DNA of 64,000 nucleotides from assembly GCF_009914755.1 (NCBI RefSeq), contig NC_060925.1. The stretch is one strand, 5' to 3'. This document shows positions 42,766 through 63,261 of this stretch, one piece after another. The notes under the pieces are model-generated. The model was not told where the DNA came from. It ran no database searches and was given only the letters and a program-made list of their open reading frames with translations. The position numbers were made by a program, and so were the translations under genes. Numbering within the stretch: the stretch's first letter is position 1; every line of letters starts with the position of its first letter. This stretch comes from the human T2T-CHM13v2.0 reference genome, Homo sapiens.

Positions 42766-43081
42766 AATTAACATTTTGGATGAATGTTTAGTGGCAAATT
42801 TCAAAATCAGAATTTGAAGCAACTTGCTCTGAAACATAAAACTGCATGCCATCCTAGTCAAGGAACAATAAAGTCTAGTTGGAATGGGTTTTACAACAAA
42901 TTTAGAAGACTATTTGGACACCACAAATGCAAGAGGAAGAGGGAAATCGAAATACATTGTGTGAGATTTGCAAACAAAATAAATGAAAATAGCAACATTA
43001 CTGTTGTGACTTGCATTAGGGCACTCAACTTCTCCCATATCCATAAAAAAATTTCAACCCTAATTTTAAGATGTTCCATTC

Positions 43082-43352
43082 TTTTTTTAACTTTTACTTT
43101 AGATTTGGGGTACATGTGAAAGCTTGCTAGATAGGTAAACTTACTTCAGGTAGGTAACCTTATATCAGTGTTTTTTACAGATTATTTCATCACTCAGGTA
43201 TTAAGCCTAGTACCCAATAGTTATCTTTCCTGCTCCTCTCCCTCCTCCCAACCTCCACCCTCAAGTAGACTGCAGTGTCTGTTGTTTCCTTCTTTGTGCT
43301 CATGAATTCTCATCACTTAGCTCCCAGTCTAAATGAGAACATGCAGTATTTG
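43082..43352 (-). mobile_element. Old L1PA (13-16-like) 3' fragment
   Basis: ttttaacttttac.ttagattt.gggtacatgtg...gagaacatgcagtatttgg. Confidence 0.8.
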
Positions 43353-44049
43353 GAAGGTTTACCTTTCTTATAGGTAATATGAAAATGCTACATCACTGGC
43401 TGTGGAATGGCTTCCATAAAACTATCAGTTCAAATATTCCTTTAGAACATGGGCCTGGAGTTTCAAGTAGTTTATTCCATGAAGGACTTCTTGCAAAAAG
43501 TATCATATGCAGTCAATTTTCGCCTGTTCACCATTCTCCATTTCTATAACATCTGTATTATTGTCACTGGCAAAGGTTAATCAGTTGATGATAGATTTTA
43601 GGCAGATGAGTCCACATTTTCTGTACAGTGCTTTAGCAGTGTCTGTATAGAAGACATTGAATGGAAAGTTTACTAAAGATTCCCCACCTGAGAACTGTGT
43701 ACATCTTCTAGATACTGAAAGAATCACAGGATAGGAAGACTCCTACACATGATATTTAGATTTACATCAGATGGTCAAGGAAATAGCAGGATGTGACCAG
43801 ACATTATTCCTGGGTTCAAAATGTTTGCTCTGATTTAGACAGTCATAAAATTGCACAGAAAAAAAAAGCTTGCATTAAAGGAAAAACAAAAAGACCAGTT
43901 CACAAATGGGCTGAAGTTAAATCCAAAACATGCAAATTTATAAGTAAACTGAGGAAATTATGAATTTTGTATCATCTTTGAAGAAATGCAACATCATTCT
44001 AGACTCAAGTATTCCTAGGCTCAAGTTATCTCAATTTTTTATACACAAT

Positions 44050-44960
<911 letters not shown>

Positions 44961-47623
44961 CCTGTAAACAGAATATATAAAATTCTCAAATCAATGAGAA
45001 AAAAACAATGAGAAAAAAAGACAACTTAACTTAAAAGTGTATAATACTTGAAGCAGCACTTTGCAATTAGGACATCCTCTGGCTAGTGATAAATTCTGTT
45101 GAGGAAATTCGTGAAGAACTGACCTGAATAAAGTGGAGTTGGACAGTGGCAGACATTAAACTAAGACAGTTAATACCATGCATTCCACGGCCAAATTATT
45201 CAGGCTTTCAGAAAAACCTATAATTAAGCAAGTTTTTTTGTTTGTTTGTTTGTTTTATACTTCTAGTCAGCCTACTCAAGGGCAAATGCCACAATCTTCA
45301 ATTTTTACATTTTCTTACGTTTTCATCATTACGAACATTTTCTCCCACTTAGAAGGCAGAAACCAATTATGTAATCATCATAAGATGTAGCTTAGCACCT
45401 ATATCTTTTAATCTTTAAAAATGTCCAGATGCAGAAAAAGTAAATAAAATATCACTCAGGAAATTAGATCTGCTGGCAATGTTTTTTGTGAATGTCTTGG
45501 GAAAACTTTGGCAAGGAAAGTGCTCCAAAAAGCTGCATTGTGGAAGAAATGCTATTTTTCAAAAATAATAATAAAGAGTTTATCAATTCCTGGCAAAATT
45601 CAGAAGCAGTTATCAAAAACATCATTAACAAAGATGAAAAATCTTTGGCCTTTGAAAAATTAAAAGTAACAAACTTTGGGTGAAAGCGAAAACTACTCAA
45701 AATTACATAAATTTTAAAGGTCATAAAGCTCAAAAATTGTGCCAAACTCTTCACGTGTGCTCTTAAGAATTATTTAACAAGTCTAATTTTGAAACATGTT
45801 AACATGTATGCCTATATATTGTTGTTACGCAGATTGCACATTATGCAAACATTAACATTACCCCCTCAATCTATGTTGGCACATGGCTCAAAATAAATGT
45901 GGATATTTAATGACATTTCAAAGGTTTATATTTTTGCCTGATATGAAACTAATAAAAATGACATTTTGATGAAGGCATTTAATGCATGCATAATGGAGGG
46001 TTATAGAAGTCTGAAAATACACAAATATTAAATAATATAAATAATCTCTAAATCATTATTAAATGTCACTATTAGGTTATTAGGTTTACAGGATTACCAT
46101 TAAAAATACTTCAAATATGTAATGAATAAAATACAATATTTGAAATTTATTAAAGATTACACAAATTCTTTAATATATGTTTTAAAATAAGAGATTGCAT
46201 GAGTAATATATTAATGATATGATTAACAAAAGAGAAGAAAATGATTTCAGGATCTGGTGGTACCAATTGTTGAAAAGTTTAATGAGTGAATCATTTAATG
46301 CAGATGGTAAAATAGCAGACATAATCTTGTTTGCATTAATGTAGTGTAAACAACATCACAGAAAATAATCATCCAACAGCAATCAGTGTTAAATAAGACA
46401 ACCCCAGGAGGATTATATTCATTAATAAGAAGCATGCTATTCATCATTAAAGCACTAAACTTAACATAGTTCAGAGCCTCGAGTAAATATTCCACTAATG
46501 TTTGTGAACTTCTGTCCTGAAAAGCATTCAGAAGTTAATAATGCAAATGGTAAGAGGTGAGAAATCCATGTCACACAGACATCATTCAGAATAATTAGAC
46601 ATGCTTAAAAAGAGAAGGTTCAAGACAAAGTGTAAAAACAATTTAAATATTGAACAGCCATCTCTTCCTTTAAAAATATTCACTAGTTATTGCCTTAATA
46701 ACAAGCATGGTGATCAACATAACCCATGAGAGAGTAAATTAACTCTATGTTGTTTCAAATTGCAAAGCTTTGACAGGTTTTATTCATACATGAGGTAGAA
46801 CTAATAATAATAGATTTAGCGGCTTTGTCTCTCCTGAATTTCAAATGTTTATGTAAACACTGAATGCCCTTTTGCTGTACTATAAGTCAGTTGAAGATGT
46901 TTGTTGTGGGACTTAATGGACCTGTATATAACCTTATGTTAACATTATATAGTTTGGTAAAACTTTCGTCACTAGTTGCATTTCCAGGCATAATTATGTG
47001 TTAATTCCATGGCTTACCCAACACTCAATTATCTAACATTAAAAATTCTTGGCATTATTTTATATGCTTTTCTTATTGTTTTCCATAATTACTTCTTGAC
47101 AGGTGTAGAACTATTCTAAAATGTACTCTCTTAGTCTTTTTTAGTTTATTTAAAATACTACTACTTTCATCTTTTTTCTTGAATCTCAAAAATGAAAATA
47201 AAGGTCTCACTATTAATTTTATGATCTCCATTTTATGGCACATGTATTTTCCACTTCGTAGCCTACATTTTTTCACAATTAAAATGTAGTATTTTAAATG
47301 CATATTTTTGTCTGAATGACCCCGGAAATTACTATGTAGGAATAAGCAGAAAGACTTTTGCAGGCTTATTTTTGAGGAGTGAGTGGCAGGCAGGGTTTGT
47401 AGGCTAGAAATAGGCTGTTAGAAGTTTGATTACAGTAGTTTGTCTTTAATTGTCATTTTGCTTTCTGCGGTTTCAGCTACCCATTGTCAAGTGTGTTCCA
47501 AAAATGTTAAACTACAATATTCCAGAAATCAGCAATTCATAAGTTTTAAATTGCATGCTCTTCTTAGTAGCATGATGAAATCTTGTGCCCTCCTGCTCTG
47601 TTCCCTTTTAATCACAAAACAGG

Positions 47624-50600
47624 TGATATGGTTTGGCTCTGTGTCCCCGCCCAAATCCCACATTTAGTTGTCGGAGTATTGGAGGTGAGGCTTGTGGGAG
47701 GTGATTGGATCATTGGGGTGGTTAATAACAGTTTAGCACCATCCCCCTAGTGCTGTCTGGTGATAGAGTTTTCACAAGATCTGGTTGTTTAAAAATGTGT
47801 AGCACTTTCCCCTTTGCGCTCTCTCTCTCATCTGCTCTGGGCTTTTGAAGACTGACTGCTTCCCCTTCACCTTCTGCTGGGTTTTCCTGAGGCCTCTCCA
47901 GCCATGCTTTCTGTACACCTGTGGAACTGTGAGTCAATTAAACCTCTTTTCTTCATAAATTTCCCCGTCTCAGATATGTCTTTATAGCAGTGTGAGAACA
48001 AGCTATTAATACAGACAATTGGTACTGGGAGTTGGGCATTGCAATAAAGATACCTGAAAAATGTGGATGTGACTTTCAAACTGGGTAATGGATGGAGGTT
48101 TAAACAGTTTGGAGGGCTCAGAAGAAGATAGGGAGATGAGGGAAAGTTGGAACTTCCTGGAGAACTGTTGAGTGGTTGTGACCAAAATGCTGGTAGTGAT
48201 AGAGACAGTGAAGTCCAGGCTGATGCGGTCTCAGATGTAGATGAGGAACTCATTGGGAACTGGAGCAAAGGTCACCCTTGCTATGCTTTAGCAAAGAGAT
48301 GGCAGCACTGTGGCCCTACTCTAGAGATCTGTGGAACTTTGAACTTGAGAGAGATGATTTAGTTTATCTAACAGAAAAAATTTCTAAGCAGCAAAGCATT
48401 CAGGAGGTGATCTGGCTGTTTCTAAAAGTTTGCACTCATTTGCAAAAACAAAGAAATGGCCTGTAACTAGAACTTATATTTAAAAGGAAAAAAGAGCACA
48501 AAAGTTTGGAAAATTTGCATCCTGGTCATGTGGAAGAAAAGAACAAAACCCATTTTATGAAGAGGAATTCAAGGCTGGAGAAATTTGCATAAGTAAAGAA
48601 CACCCAAATGTTAACAGCCAAATCAATAGGGAAAATGCCTCCAAGGTATTTCAGAGGACTTTCTGGCAACCCTTCCCATCACAAGCCTAGAGGCCTAGGA
48701 GACAAAAATGGTTTCGTGTTCCAGACCCAGGGCCCCACTGCTTTGTGCAGTCTTGAGACATGGTGCCCTGCATTCTAGCTGCTCCAGTCCAGTCCTGGCT
48801 AAAAGGGTAGAAGGTACAGCTCAGTCCATTGTTTCAGAAAGTACAAGCTCCAGGCCTTAGCTGCTTCCACTCATGTTTGTAAGCTTCTGTTCTAAAGACA
48901 ATTCAGAAGTTAATAATGCAAATATTAAGAGATGAGAAATCCATGTCACACAGAGATCATTCAAAATAACTAAACATGCTTAACAAGACATAGTTTAAGA
49001 CAAGGTGTGAAAACAATTTAAATATTGAACTGCCAAACAATTTAAATATTGGACTGCCAAAATGTTTTAAGCTAAAAATATTTATTAAAGGCATTTTCTT
49101 TATAACATTCTTGTCAGTGCACATAATTCTAATTGCAATGTTTTTCACCATTCATTCAAATACAGTATAACAATACACAGTATAACACAAAATTTTACAA
49201 AGATACTAAAAAGTGTCTGACCAATTAAGTCATGAGTTCACAAAGCAGAAACTAAAGATTAAATGCTGAATATTAAGATGAAAATTACTATACAGATACT
49301 TTAGGAAATTCTTCAAAGAAGTACACTGCCAGGAAAAATCCTTATATGTACATCTATACTACATCAAACTTGACAGCAAAAGTGCTACTTCCCAGAGTGA
49401 AATGCCTAACCTTGTTTTTACTCTAACTCCTTACTTTGAATTTTATCCTGCTTGTCTCTTTAATCACCTAGCCTTGCTTCTCATGTAAATAAGACTTCCT
49501 CTAGCTGGGAAAGCCGGACAAACTCCAATTGACCCCTTAATTTACAAGACACTAAGGCTCCTTACCCAACCCCCTTCCGTAAGGAGTTGGCCTGTGTAAA
49601 TGATCCTCAGCATTTCAAAGGAGCCCAATTAACTGATAAGGTACTAACACCAACAATGTATGAAGTTCCCAGGATTTTTCTCAAGGAGATAACAACATAA
49701 AACCTTGAGTTCCTGTCCGGCATAGACCCTGTATCTAATTATAATGAAAGATTTAGAAGCTTGCACCTGGTACTATTGCTCTTTTTGTAACCATTTGTCT
49801 TTTAAATTGTTTATCTCTCTGTAACCATTTTGCTTCTTTTGAATCTTGCATGTTTTTACTTCTGTAGAATTATTGCATTTGAGTCCCCCTCCCCTTTCTA
49901 AACCTAGGTATAAAAGTTAATCAAGCCCCTTCCTCGGGGCCGAGAGAATTCTGAGTGTTAGCCGTCTCTTTGGCCACCAACTTAATAAAGGATTCTTAAT
50001 TTGTCTCAAAGTATGGCATTTCTCTAACTCGCTTGGGTACAACAAGAGCATTGAGTAGTAAAAATATATATAGAACTTCAGGCCTGCAGGTGCATGGAAA
50101 GCAAGAGTTTAGGTTTGGGGGCCTCCACCTAGATTTCTGAGAATGTATAGAAACACCTGGATGTCTAGGCAGAAGTCTGCTGTAGGGGCGGAGCTCTCAT
50201 GGAGAACCTATCCTAGGGCAGTGAAGAATGGAAATGTAGAGTTGGAGCTCCCACATAGAGTCCCCACTGGGGCACTGCCTAGTGGAGCTATGAGAAGAAG
50301 GCTATCATCCTCAAGACTCCAGAATGGTAGATCCATCAACAGCTTGCACCATGCACCAGGAAAAGCCACAGACACGCAATGCCAACCCATGAAAACAGCT
50401 ATGGGGGCTGTACACTGCAGTCACAGGGGCAGACCTGTCCAAGACCTTGGGTGGCCACCCCTTTCATCAGTGTGGCTTGGATATGAGACATGAAGTCAAA
50501 GGAAATTATTTTGGAGCTTTAGGATTTAACGACTGCTTCTCTGGGTTTCAGACATGTAAGGGGCTTGTAACCTCTCTGCTTTGGCTCATTCCTCCCTTTT

Positions 50601-51228
50601 GGAGTGTGAGCATTTACCCAATGCCTGTACCCTTATTGTATCTTGGAAGTAACTAACTTGTTTTAATTTTATAGGCTCATAGGTGAAAGGGAATGTGTCT
50701 TGTCTCAGATGAAAATTTGGACTATGGACTTTTGAGTTAGTGCTGAGATGAGTTAAGACTTAGTGTACTGTTGAGAAAGGATGATTGTATTTTACAATAT
50801 GAGAAGGACATGAGATTTGGAGGGGCCAGGGGCAGAATGATATGGTTTGGCTCCATGTCCCCACCCAAATATCATGTTGATTTGTGATCCTGAGTGTTGG
50901 AGGTGGAGTTTAGTGGAAGGGAGTAGTTTCTAATGGTTTAGTACCATCACGCTAGTGTTGTCTCATGAAAGAGTTCTCATAAGATCTGGTTAGATAAAAG
51001 TGTGTAGCACTTCCCCCTCCTCTCCCTTTTTCTACTGCTCTGGCCATGTGAAAACCATGCCTGCTTCCCCTTTGCCTTCCTCCATGATTGTAATTTTCCT
51101 AAGGCCTCCCCAGCCATGCCTCTTGTGTAGCCTGTGGAACTGAGTCAATTAAATCTTTTTTTTTTTTTTTCATAAATTACCCAGTCTCAAGAAATGACTT
51201 TATAGTAGTGGGAGAATGGATTAATACA
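47624..51228 (+). mobile_element. Full-length MSTA-type MaLR provirus (LTRs 47624-48013 and 50838-51228), interrupted at ~48871-50080
   Basis: Two LTRs tgatatggtttggctc...taataca; THE1/MST internal sequence; polypurine tract (PPT)-like ggaggggccaggggcagaa before the 3' LTR. Confidence 0.92.
49398..50044 (+). mobile_element. ERV1 solo LTR (LTR6/HERV-S71-like) with 4-bp TSD AGAG
   Basis: TG...CA termini, TATAAAA ~49909, AATAAA ~49984; agag at 49394-49397 and 50045-50048. Confidence 0.8.
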
Positions 51229-51316
51229 TAAGGTGAGTACAGTACAATAATACATTTTGAGAGAAAGAAAGAGAGAAGGAAAGATCATATACACCTAACT
51301 GTTATTACAGTATATT

Positions 51317-52287
51317 TGAAGGGATGGGTTGCCCCTCCACACCTGTGGGCGTTTCTCGTCAGGTGGAACGAGAGACTTGGAAAAGAAAGAGACACAGAGA
51401 CAAGACATAGAGAAACAAAAATGGGCCCAGGGGACCGGCACTCAGCATATGGAGGACCTGCGCCGGCACAGGCCTCTGAGTTTCCTTTTAGTACTTATTG
51501 ATCATTATCAGGCATTTACCTGAGAGAGGGATGTGCCTGGAGAGAGGGATGTGGCAGGACAATAGGGTAATAGTGGAGAGAAGGTCAGCAGGAAAACATG
51601 TGAACAAATGTCTCTGCATCATAAACAAGGTAAAGAAAAAAGTGCTGTGCTTTTGATGTGCATATACATAAACATCTCAATGCCTTAAAGAGCAGTATTG
51701 CTGCCAGCATGTGCCACCTCCAGCCCTAAGGCGGTTTTCCCCTATCTCAGTAGATGGAATATACAATCGGGCTTTACAGGGAGACATTCCATTGCCCAGG
51801 GATGAGGAGGAGACAGATGCCTTCCTCTTATCTCAACTGCAAAGAGGCCTCAGCACAGACCCTTTACGGATGTGGGTGTCGGGCTGGGGAATGGTCAGGT
51901 CTTTCCCTTCCCACGAGGCCATATTTCAGACTATCACATGGGGAGAAACCTTGGACAATACCTGGCTTTCCTAGGCAGAGGTCCATGCAGCCATCCGCAG
52001 TGTACTGTCTCTCTGGGTACTTGAGATTAGGCAGTGGTGATGACTCTTAACAAGCATGCTGCCTTCAAGCATTTGTTTAACAAAGCACATCCTGCACAGC
52101 CCTTAATCCATTTAACCCTGAGTTGACACAGCACGTGTTTCAGGGAGCACAGGGTTGAGGGTAGGGTTACAGATTAACAGCATCTCAAGGCAGAAGAATT
52201 TTTCTTAGTACAGAACAAAATGGAGTCTCTTATGTCTACTTCTTTCTACACAGACACAGTAACAGTCTGATCTCTCTTTTCCCCACA
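51317..52287 (-). mobile_element. HERV-K(HML-2) solo LTR, LTR5A/B-type, with 6-bp TSD TATATT
   Basis: The minus strand reads TGTGGGGAAAAGAGAGATCAGACTG...GGGGCAACCCATCCCTTCA; tatatt at 51311-51316 and 52288-52293. Confidence 0.93.
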
Positions 52288-52298
52288 TATATTGTTTT

Positions 52299-52337
<39 letters not shown>

Positions 52338-52544
52338 TTCTTATACTTTAAGTTTTAGGGTACATGTGCCCATTGTACAGGTTAGTTACATATGTATACA
52401 TGTGCCATGCTGGTGCGCTGCACCCACTAACTCGTCATCTAGCATTAGGTATATCTCCCAATGCTATCCCTCCCCCCTCCCCCCACCCCACCACAGTCCC
52501 CAGAGTGTGATATTCCCCTTCCTGTGTCCATGTGATCTCATTGG

Positions 52545-56366
<3,822 letters not shown>

Positions 56367-56429
56367 TATGATGTTAGCTGGTTATTTTGCTCGTTAGTTG
56401 ATGCAGTTTCTTCCTAGTCTCGATGGTCT

Positions 56430-57443
56430 TTACATTTTGGCATGATTTTGCAGTGGCTGGTACCGGTTGTTCCTTTCCATGTTTAGCACTTCCTTCAGGA
56501 GCTCTTTTAGGGCAGGCCTGGTGGTGACAAAATCTCTCAGCATTTGCTTGTCTGTAAAGTATTTTATTTCTCCTTCACTTATGAAGCTTAGTTTGGCTGG
56601 ACATGAAATTCTGGGTTGAAAATTCTTTTCTTTAAGAATGTCGAATATTGGCCCCCACTCTCTTCTGGCTTGTAGGGTTTCTGCTGAGAGATCCGCTGTT
56701 AGTCTGATGGGCTTCCCTTTGAGGGTAACCCGACCTTTCTCTCTGGCTGCCCTTAACATTTTTTCCTTCATTTCAACTTTGGTGAATCTGACAATTATGT
56801 GTCTTGGAGTTGCTCTTCTCGAGGAGTATCTTTGTGGCATTCTCTGCATTTCCTGAATCTGAACGTTGGCCTGCCTTGCTAGATTGGGGAAGTTCTCCTG
56901 GATAATATCCTGCAGAGTGTTTTCCAACTTGGTTCCATTCTCCCCATCACTTTCAGGTACACCAATCAGACGTAGATTTGGTCTTTTCACATAGTCCCAT
57001 ATTTCTTGGAGGCTTTGCTCATTTCTTTGTATTCTTTTTTCTCTAAACTTCCCTTCTCGCTTCATTTCATTCATTTCATCTTCCATTGCTGATACCCTTT
57101 CTTCCAGTTGATCGCATCGGCTCTTGAGGCTTCTGCATTCTTCACGTAGTTCTCGAGCCTTGGTTTTCAGCTCCATCAGCTCCTTTAAGCACTTCTCTGT
57201 ATTGGTTATTCTAGTTATACATTCTTCTGAATTTTTTTCAAAGTTTTCAACTTCTTTGCCTTTGGTTTGAATGTCCTCCCATAGCTCAGAGTAATTTGAT
57301 CATCTGAAGCCTTCTCTCAGCTCCTCAAAGACATTCTCCATCCAGCTTTGTTCTGTTGCTGGTGAGGAACTGCGTTCCTTTGGAGGAGGAGAGGCGCTCT
57401 GCTTTTTAGAGTTTCCAGTTTTTCTGCTCTGTTTTTTCCCCAT
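56430..57443 (-). pseudogene. L1 ORF1 with a premature TGA (57300-57302, CGA>TGA) and a 3-nt deletion
   Basis: ATG GGG AAA AAA CAG at 57443; only the C-terminal 248 aa remain open (..QPLQNHAKM). Confidence 0.93.
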
Positions 57444-58349
57444 CTTTGTGGTTTTATCTACTTTTGGTCTTTGATGATGGTGATGTACAGATGGGTTTTT
57501 GGTGTGGATGTCCTTTCTGTTTGTTAGTTTTCCTTCTAACAGACAGGACCCTCAGCTGCACGTCTGTTGGAATACCCTGCCTTGTGAGGTGTCAGTGTGC
57601 CCCTGCTGGGGGGTGCCTCCCAGTTAGGCTGCTCGGGGGTCAGGGGTCAGGGACCCACTTGAGGAGGCAGTCTGCCCATTCTCAGATCTCCAGCTGAGTG
57701 CTGGGAGAACCGCTGCTCTCTTCAAAGCTGTCAGACAGGGACATTTAAGTCTGCAGAGGTTACTGCTGTCTTTTTGTTTGTCTGTGCCCTGCCCCCAGAG
57801 GTGGAGCCTACAGAGGCAGGCAGGCCTCCTTGAGCTGTGGTGGGCTCCACCCAGTTGGAGGTTCCTGGCTGCTTTGTTTACCTAAGCAAGCCTGGGCAAT
57901 GGCGGGCGCCCCTCCCCCAGCCTCGCTGCCGCCTTGCAGTTTGATCTCAGACTGCTGTGCTAGCAATCAGCGAGACTCCTTAGGCATAGGACCCTCCGAG
58001 CCAGGTGCGGGATATACTCTCGTGGTGCGCCGTTTTTTAAGCCGGTCGGAAAAGCGCAGTATTCTGGTGGGAGTGACCCGATTATCCAGGTGCGTCCGTC
58101 ACCCCTTTCTTTGACTCCGAAAGGGAACTCCCTGACCCCTTGCGCTTCCCAAGTGAGGCAATGCCTCGCCCTGCTGTGGCTCGCGCATCGTGCGCGCACC
58201 CACTGACCTGCACCCACTGTCTGGCACTCCCTAGTGAGATGAACCCGGTACCTCAGATGGAAATGCAGAAATCACCCGTCTTCTGCGTCGCTCACGCTGG
58301 GAGCTGTAGACCGGAGCTGTTCCTATTCAGCCATCTTGCCTCCTCCCCC
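57444..58349. promoter_or_regulatory. L1 5' UTR sense and antisense promoter region with YY1 site
   Basis: The most CpG-rich stretch of the window; gccatcttg (YY1 core) at 58330-58338. Confidence 0.75.
57899..58114 (+). CDS. ORF0: Intact L1 ORF0 (71 aa) in the antisense 5' UTR
   Basis: MAGAPPPASLPPCSLISDCCASNQRDS...RCVRHPFL*, 216 nt, start context GCAATGG. Expression is unknown. Confidence 0.8.
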   Translation: MAGAPPPASLPPCSLISDCCASNQRDSLGIGPSEPGAGYTLVVRRFLSRSEKRSILVGVTRLSRCVRHPFL

Positions 58350-58583
58350 CCCACATATATTGTTATAATTGTTATTTTTGTATTACTGTTAAACTCTTAC
58401 TCTGCTTAATTTATAAATTAAATTTTATTCTACATATGCATGTATAGTAAAAAAACACAGCATATGCAGGGTTCAGTATCATCTGTGAATTTAGGCATCC
58501 CCTAGTGGTCTTAAAATCTATCCCCACAGATAAGGGTGTACTACTCTACTTAGGGAGAGTTAGAGTTAAACCACATGAAAATC

Positions 58584-58636
58584 TTTTCATGATACCTGTT
58601 TCATGATATCTTAAAATCTGTTTCATGATATCTTAA
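58584..58636. repeat. 22-bp tandem duplication (ctgtttcatgatatcttaaaat)
   Basis: tttcatgata occurs three times. Confidence 0.85.
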
Positions 58637-58639
58637 AGA

Positions 58640-61790
<3,151 letters not shown>

Positions 61791-62254
61791 AAGCTGTCTT
61801 TACAGCTTTATTAGCAGGTAGCAACAGGCTACCATCTTTAGGGATTGGATTTGGAATTCAATTCAGGCAAGAAGTGAGGACACCTTGATCTCAGATTTCA
61901 GAAAGAAGTCCACTTATTAGAAGTACCTATGTGTGAATATGAGTGGCAGAAGAAATAGACTACAGAACTCCTCAGGCTTCTTCCCCTCTCCTACTACTGC
62001 TTGCTCATTGGAGAGCCACCACTGTTGTTGCCTTAACCTCTAATATTACTCCATCTCTACAACCTCTATGGTGAGAGCCAGGTCTGGTATGCTGTTTATC
62101 AATACTCCTCTACCTCTTCCCCTATGAGTGAAAGCTACAGCAGTATCAGCACCAAGGACTGAGTGACTAAACACATATTAAAAAATCTTCTATTTTTTTC
62201 CATAATTGGTATGTGGAGAATTTTCACTCTCTTTTGAATTGTTTTGATAAATCA

Positions 62255-62720
62255 ATTTTAAGCAAATCAGTTTCCTGGCCTAAACAAATGACCTAAAACT
62301 TGGTGAATTAAAAACATTTTTTTTCTCTCACAGTTCTGAGTCCAGAAGTCTGAATCAGTGTCACTGAGCCAAAATGAAGGTGTCAGTAGAGCCACGCTGA
62401 CTCTAGCTGAAAATCTATTCCTTTCCCCTTCCAGCAAACAGTGGCTGCCTACATCCCTTGATTTGTGAGTATGTCTCTGCAATCTCTGCCTCCATGGTCA
62501 CATTTCCTCTGCCTCTTTTGTGTATATCAAATCTCCTCCGGCCTCTGTCTTTAAATAACACTTGTGATTTGATTTACAGCCCACAGTGACAATAGAGTAT
62601 AATCTCTCCAAGTCAATAATTTAATCACATCAGCAAAAATTATTTTCCTCATAAAGTAAAACAAAATGTTTCAGGGATTGGGTGCTGATGTTTTTGCATA
62701 GTCATTGTTCAGCCTTTTAC
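62255..62720 (-). mobile_element. MLT1C/D-type LTR
   Basis: ctctcacagttctgag.ccagaagtctgaatcagtgtcactgagcc. Confidence 0.75.
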
Positions 62721-63261
62721 ATTTCTTTTAAAGGTATTTCAAATATTGATAAAAGTTTTTTTGTAATTTAGTTGTCTCTTACTCTATAGTCATTTTTCCT
62801 CATCCTTTCTTGTTTTTAATCTATTCCATTTCTTCCTATTTTTTGTCTTATCTTTTCTTCAATATATGGCTGTTTTTACATATTTAAACTAGCTCTTAGA
62901 TATAATTATTTGTTCCATTATTTTACAGTTTTCTACTTTATTAATTTCCTGTTATTTTATGTAAATTATAGTTTACTTATCTCTTTGTGTATATTAAATA
63001 TATTTCTTAACTTACTTATTTTTTATTGTATTTTAACAAAAGTGAATACTATATTTTTTGACATTTTCCTGCAGGTTTTCTTGAAATAACATGTCAATTA
63101 TCATTATTTTCAAGATATTCTACAATGTTAGCATGTATTTCTTATTTTATACATGTGATTTGAGAGTAATTAATCGGCTGTTAGATGCTCTTTGTTTCCT
63201 TATTTTGCAACTAATGCTAAATTTAGTTTTCCTGATTTCTGGAAATTTTAGAAATAAAAAT

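Noticed and set aside
51317-52340. SVA-like L1-to-LTR5 read-through or transduction unit (same strand, abutting)
   Set aside because: The L1 tail contains repeated AATAAA, whereas the LTR5 poly-A signal reads AATAAG (~51495-51500). The TSDs show two separate insertions.
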